Assembly (NCBI RefSeq): GCF_037042905.1
Contig: NC_087251.1
Coordinates: forward strand, 15,936,001 to 16,000,000
Source: Lytechinus pictus
Lineage: Eukaryota
DNA length: 64,000 nt
Direction of reading: 5' to 3'
Part shown: positions 63,515-64,000 of the stretch, piece after piece
Layout: the number at the start of each line of letters is the position of its first letter
Numbering within the stretch: the first letter of the stretch is position 1
The notes under the pieces: generated by a model
The model's input: only the letters and a program-made list of their open reading frames with translations
Databases searched by the model: none
What the model was told of the DNA's origin: nothing
Position numbers and translations under genes: made by a program

Positions 63515-64000
63515 ATGGCACTGTCAATGCTGACCCTCAACACCGGAGGATGCTCCTCCCAAACTCAAAATGCCTCCTTCCGAGTTTATGTTGAGCAAAT
63601 TGCATGCAACCCGCTCGTTGTATTTTTACAGGAAACTTACCACCTTAAAGATAGCAATCCTTGCTGGAGCAACTGGTCGCATAAACCTTTTTGCTCACCC
63701 GGTATTACTCGAGGGTCAGGAGTGACAACTTTGGTTAATAATTCTCAAGTCGATATTTTATCTACTTGTATTGTTTTTGATGGCTATATATTGTATAACA
63801 AGCTCTCCCATAATAACTGTATTTATCATGTATACAACACACTCATTCCTCAATCTGATGAAATGGCAATTAAAGCTATTAATGCCCTTAATTGTCATAT
63901 ATCCACCTGTTGCGAAGATAATATTGTGATTGTGGGTGATTTTAATTGCACTGAAAATCCTGCGATTGATCGTTTGTGCACGCTCACAGAACGCAGACCT
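63515..64000 (+). CDS. Tx1 ORF2p N-terminal apurinic-type endonuclease domain (partial)
   Basis: Open to the window end (162 codons): MALSMLTLNTGG...VVFLQETYH...GSGVTTL...IVIVGDFNCTENPAIDR. These are the APE motifs TLN, LQET and GDFN. Confidence 0.9.
   Translation, partial: MALSMLTLNTGGCSSQTQNASFRVYVEQIACNPLVVFLQETYHLKDSNPCWSNWSHKPFCSPGITRGSGVTTLVNNSQVDILSTCIVFDGYILYNKLSHNNCIYHVYNTLIPQSDEMAIKAINALNCHISTCCEDNIVIVGDFNCTENPAIDRLCTLTERRP

Larger units (their letters stand above)
61706..64000 (+). mobile_element. Tx1-clade (L1 group) non-LTR retrotransposon, 5' part; runs off the window
   Basis: ~210-nt 5'UTR, ORF1 61915-63460 and ORF2 from 63515. Two-ORF layout with CCHC ORF1 and APE ORF2. Confidence 0.9.

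Overview
AT-rich, intron-containing animal genomic DNA. The repeat families suggest an echinoderm, probably a sea urchin (inference only). Two apparently intact + strand protein genes were assembled by hand from splice sites. The first is a 3-exon, 390-aa rhodopsin-class GPCR (21112-30384) with several degenerate activation motifs, including DRY->DQY. The second is a 6-exon, 342-aa Aven (cell death regulator) orthologue (40679-53014), probably with one GC-AG intron. On the - strand is a 4-exon, spliced PIF/Harbinger (HARBI1-like) transposase that is frameshifted and truncated (5182-1681). The window ends inside a Tx1-clade non-LTR retrotransposon (ORF1 with zinc knuckle, ORF2 APE endonuclease) that starts right after a (TTTC)n tract. 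Most remaining sequence is non-autonomous transposons. These include a 4.7-kb fully palindromic TAG...CTA (Academ-like) foldback element in the GPCR intron, nested hAT MITEs with 8-bp TSDs, Helentron/Tsp-like elements, TTAA-flanked MITEs, a Tc1/mariner-like MITE, CACTG-ended repeats, a tRNA-derived SINE and a CR1/L2 RT remnant. No CRISPR array, rRNA or functional tRNA was seen. Most short ORFs in the supplied track are spurious.
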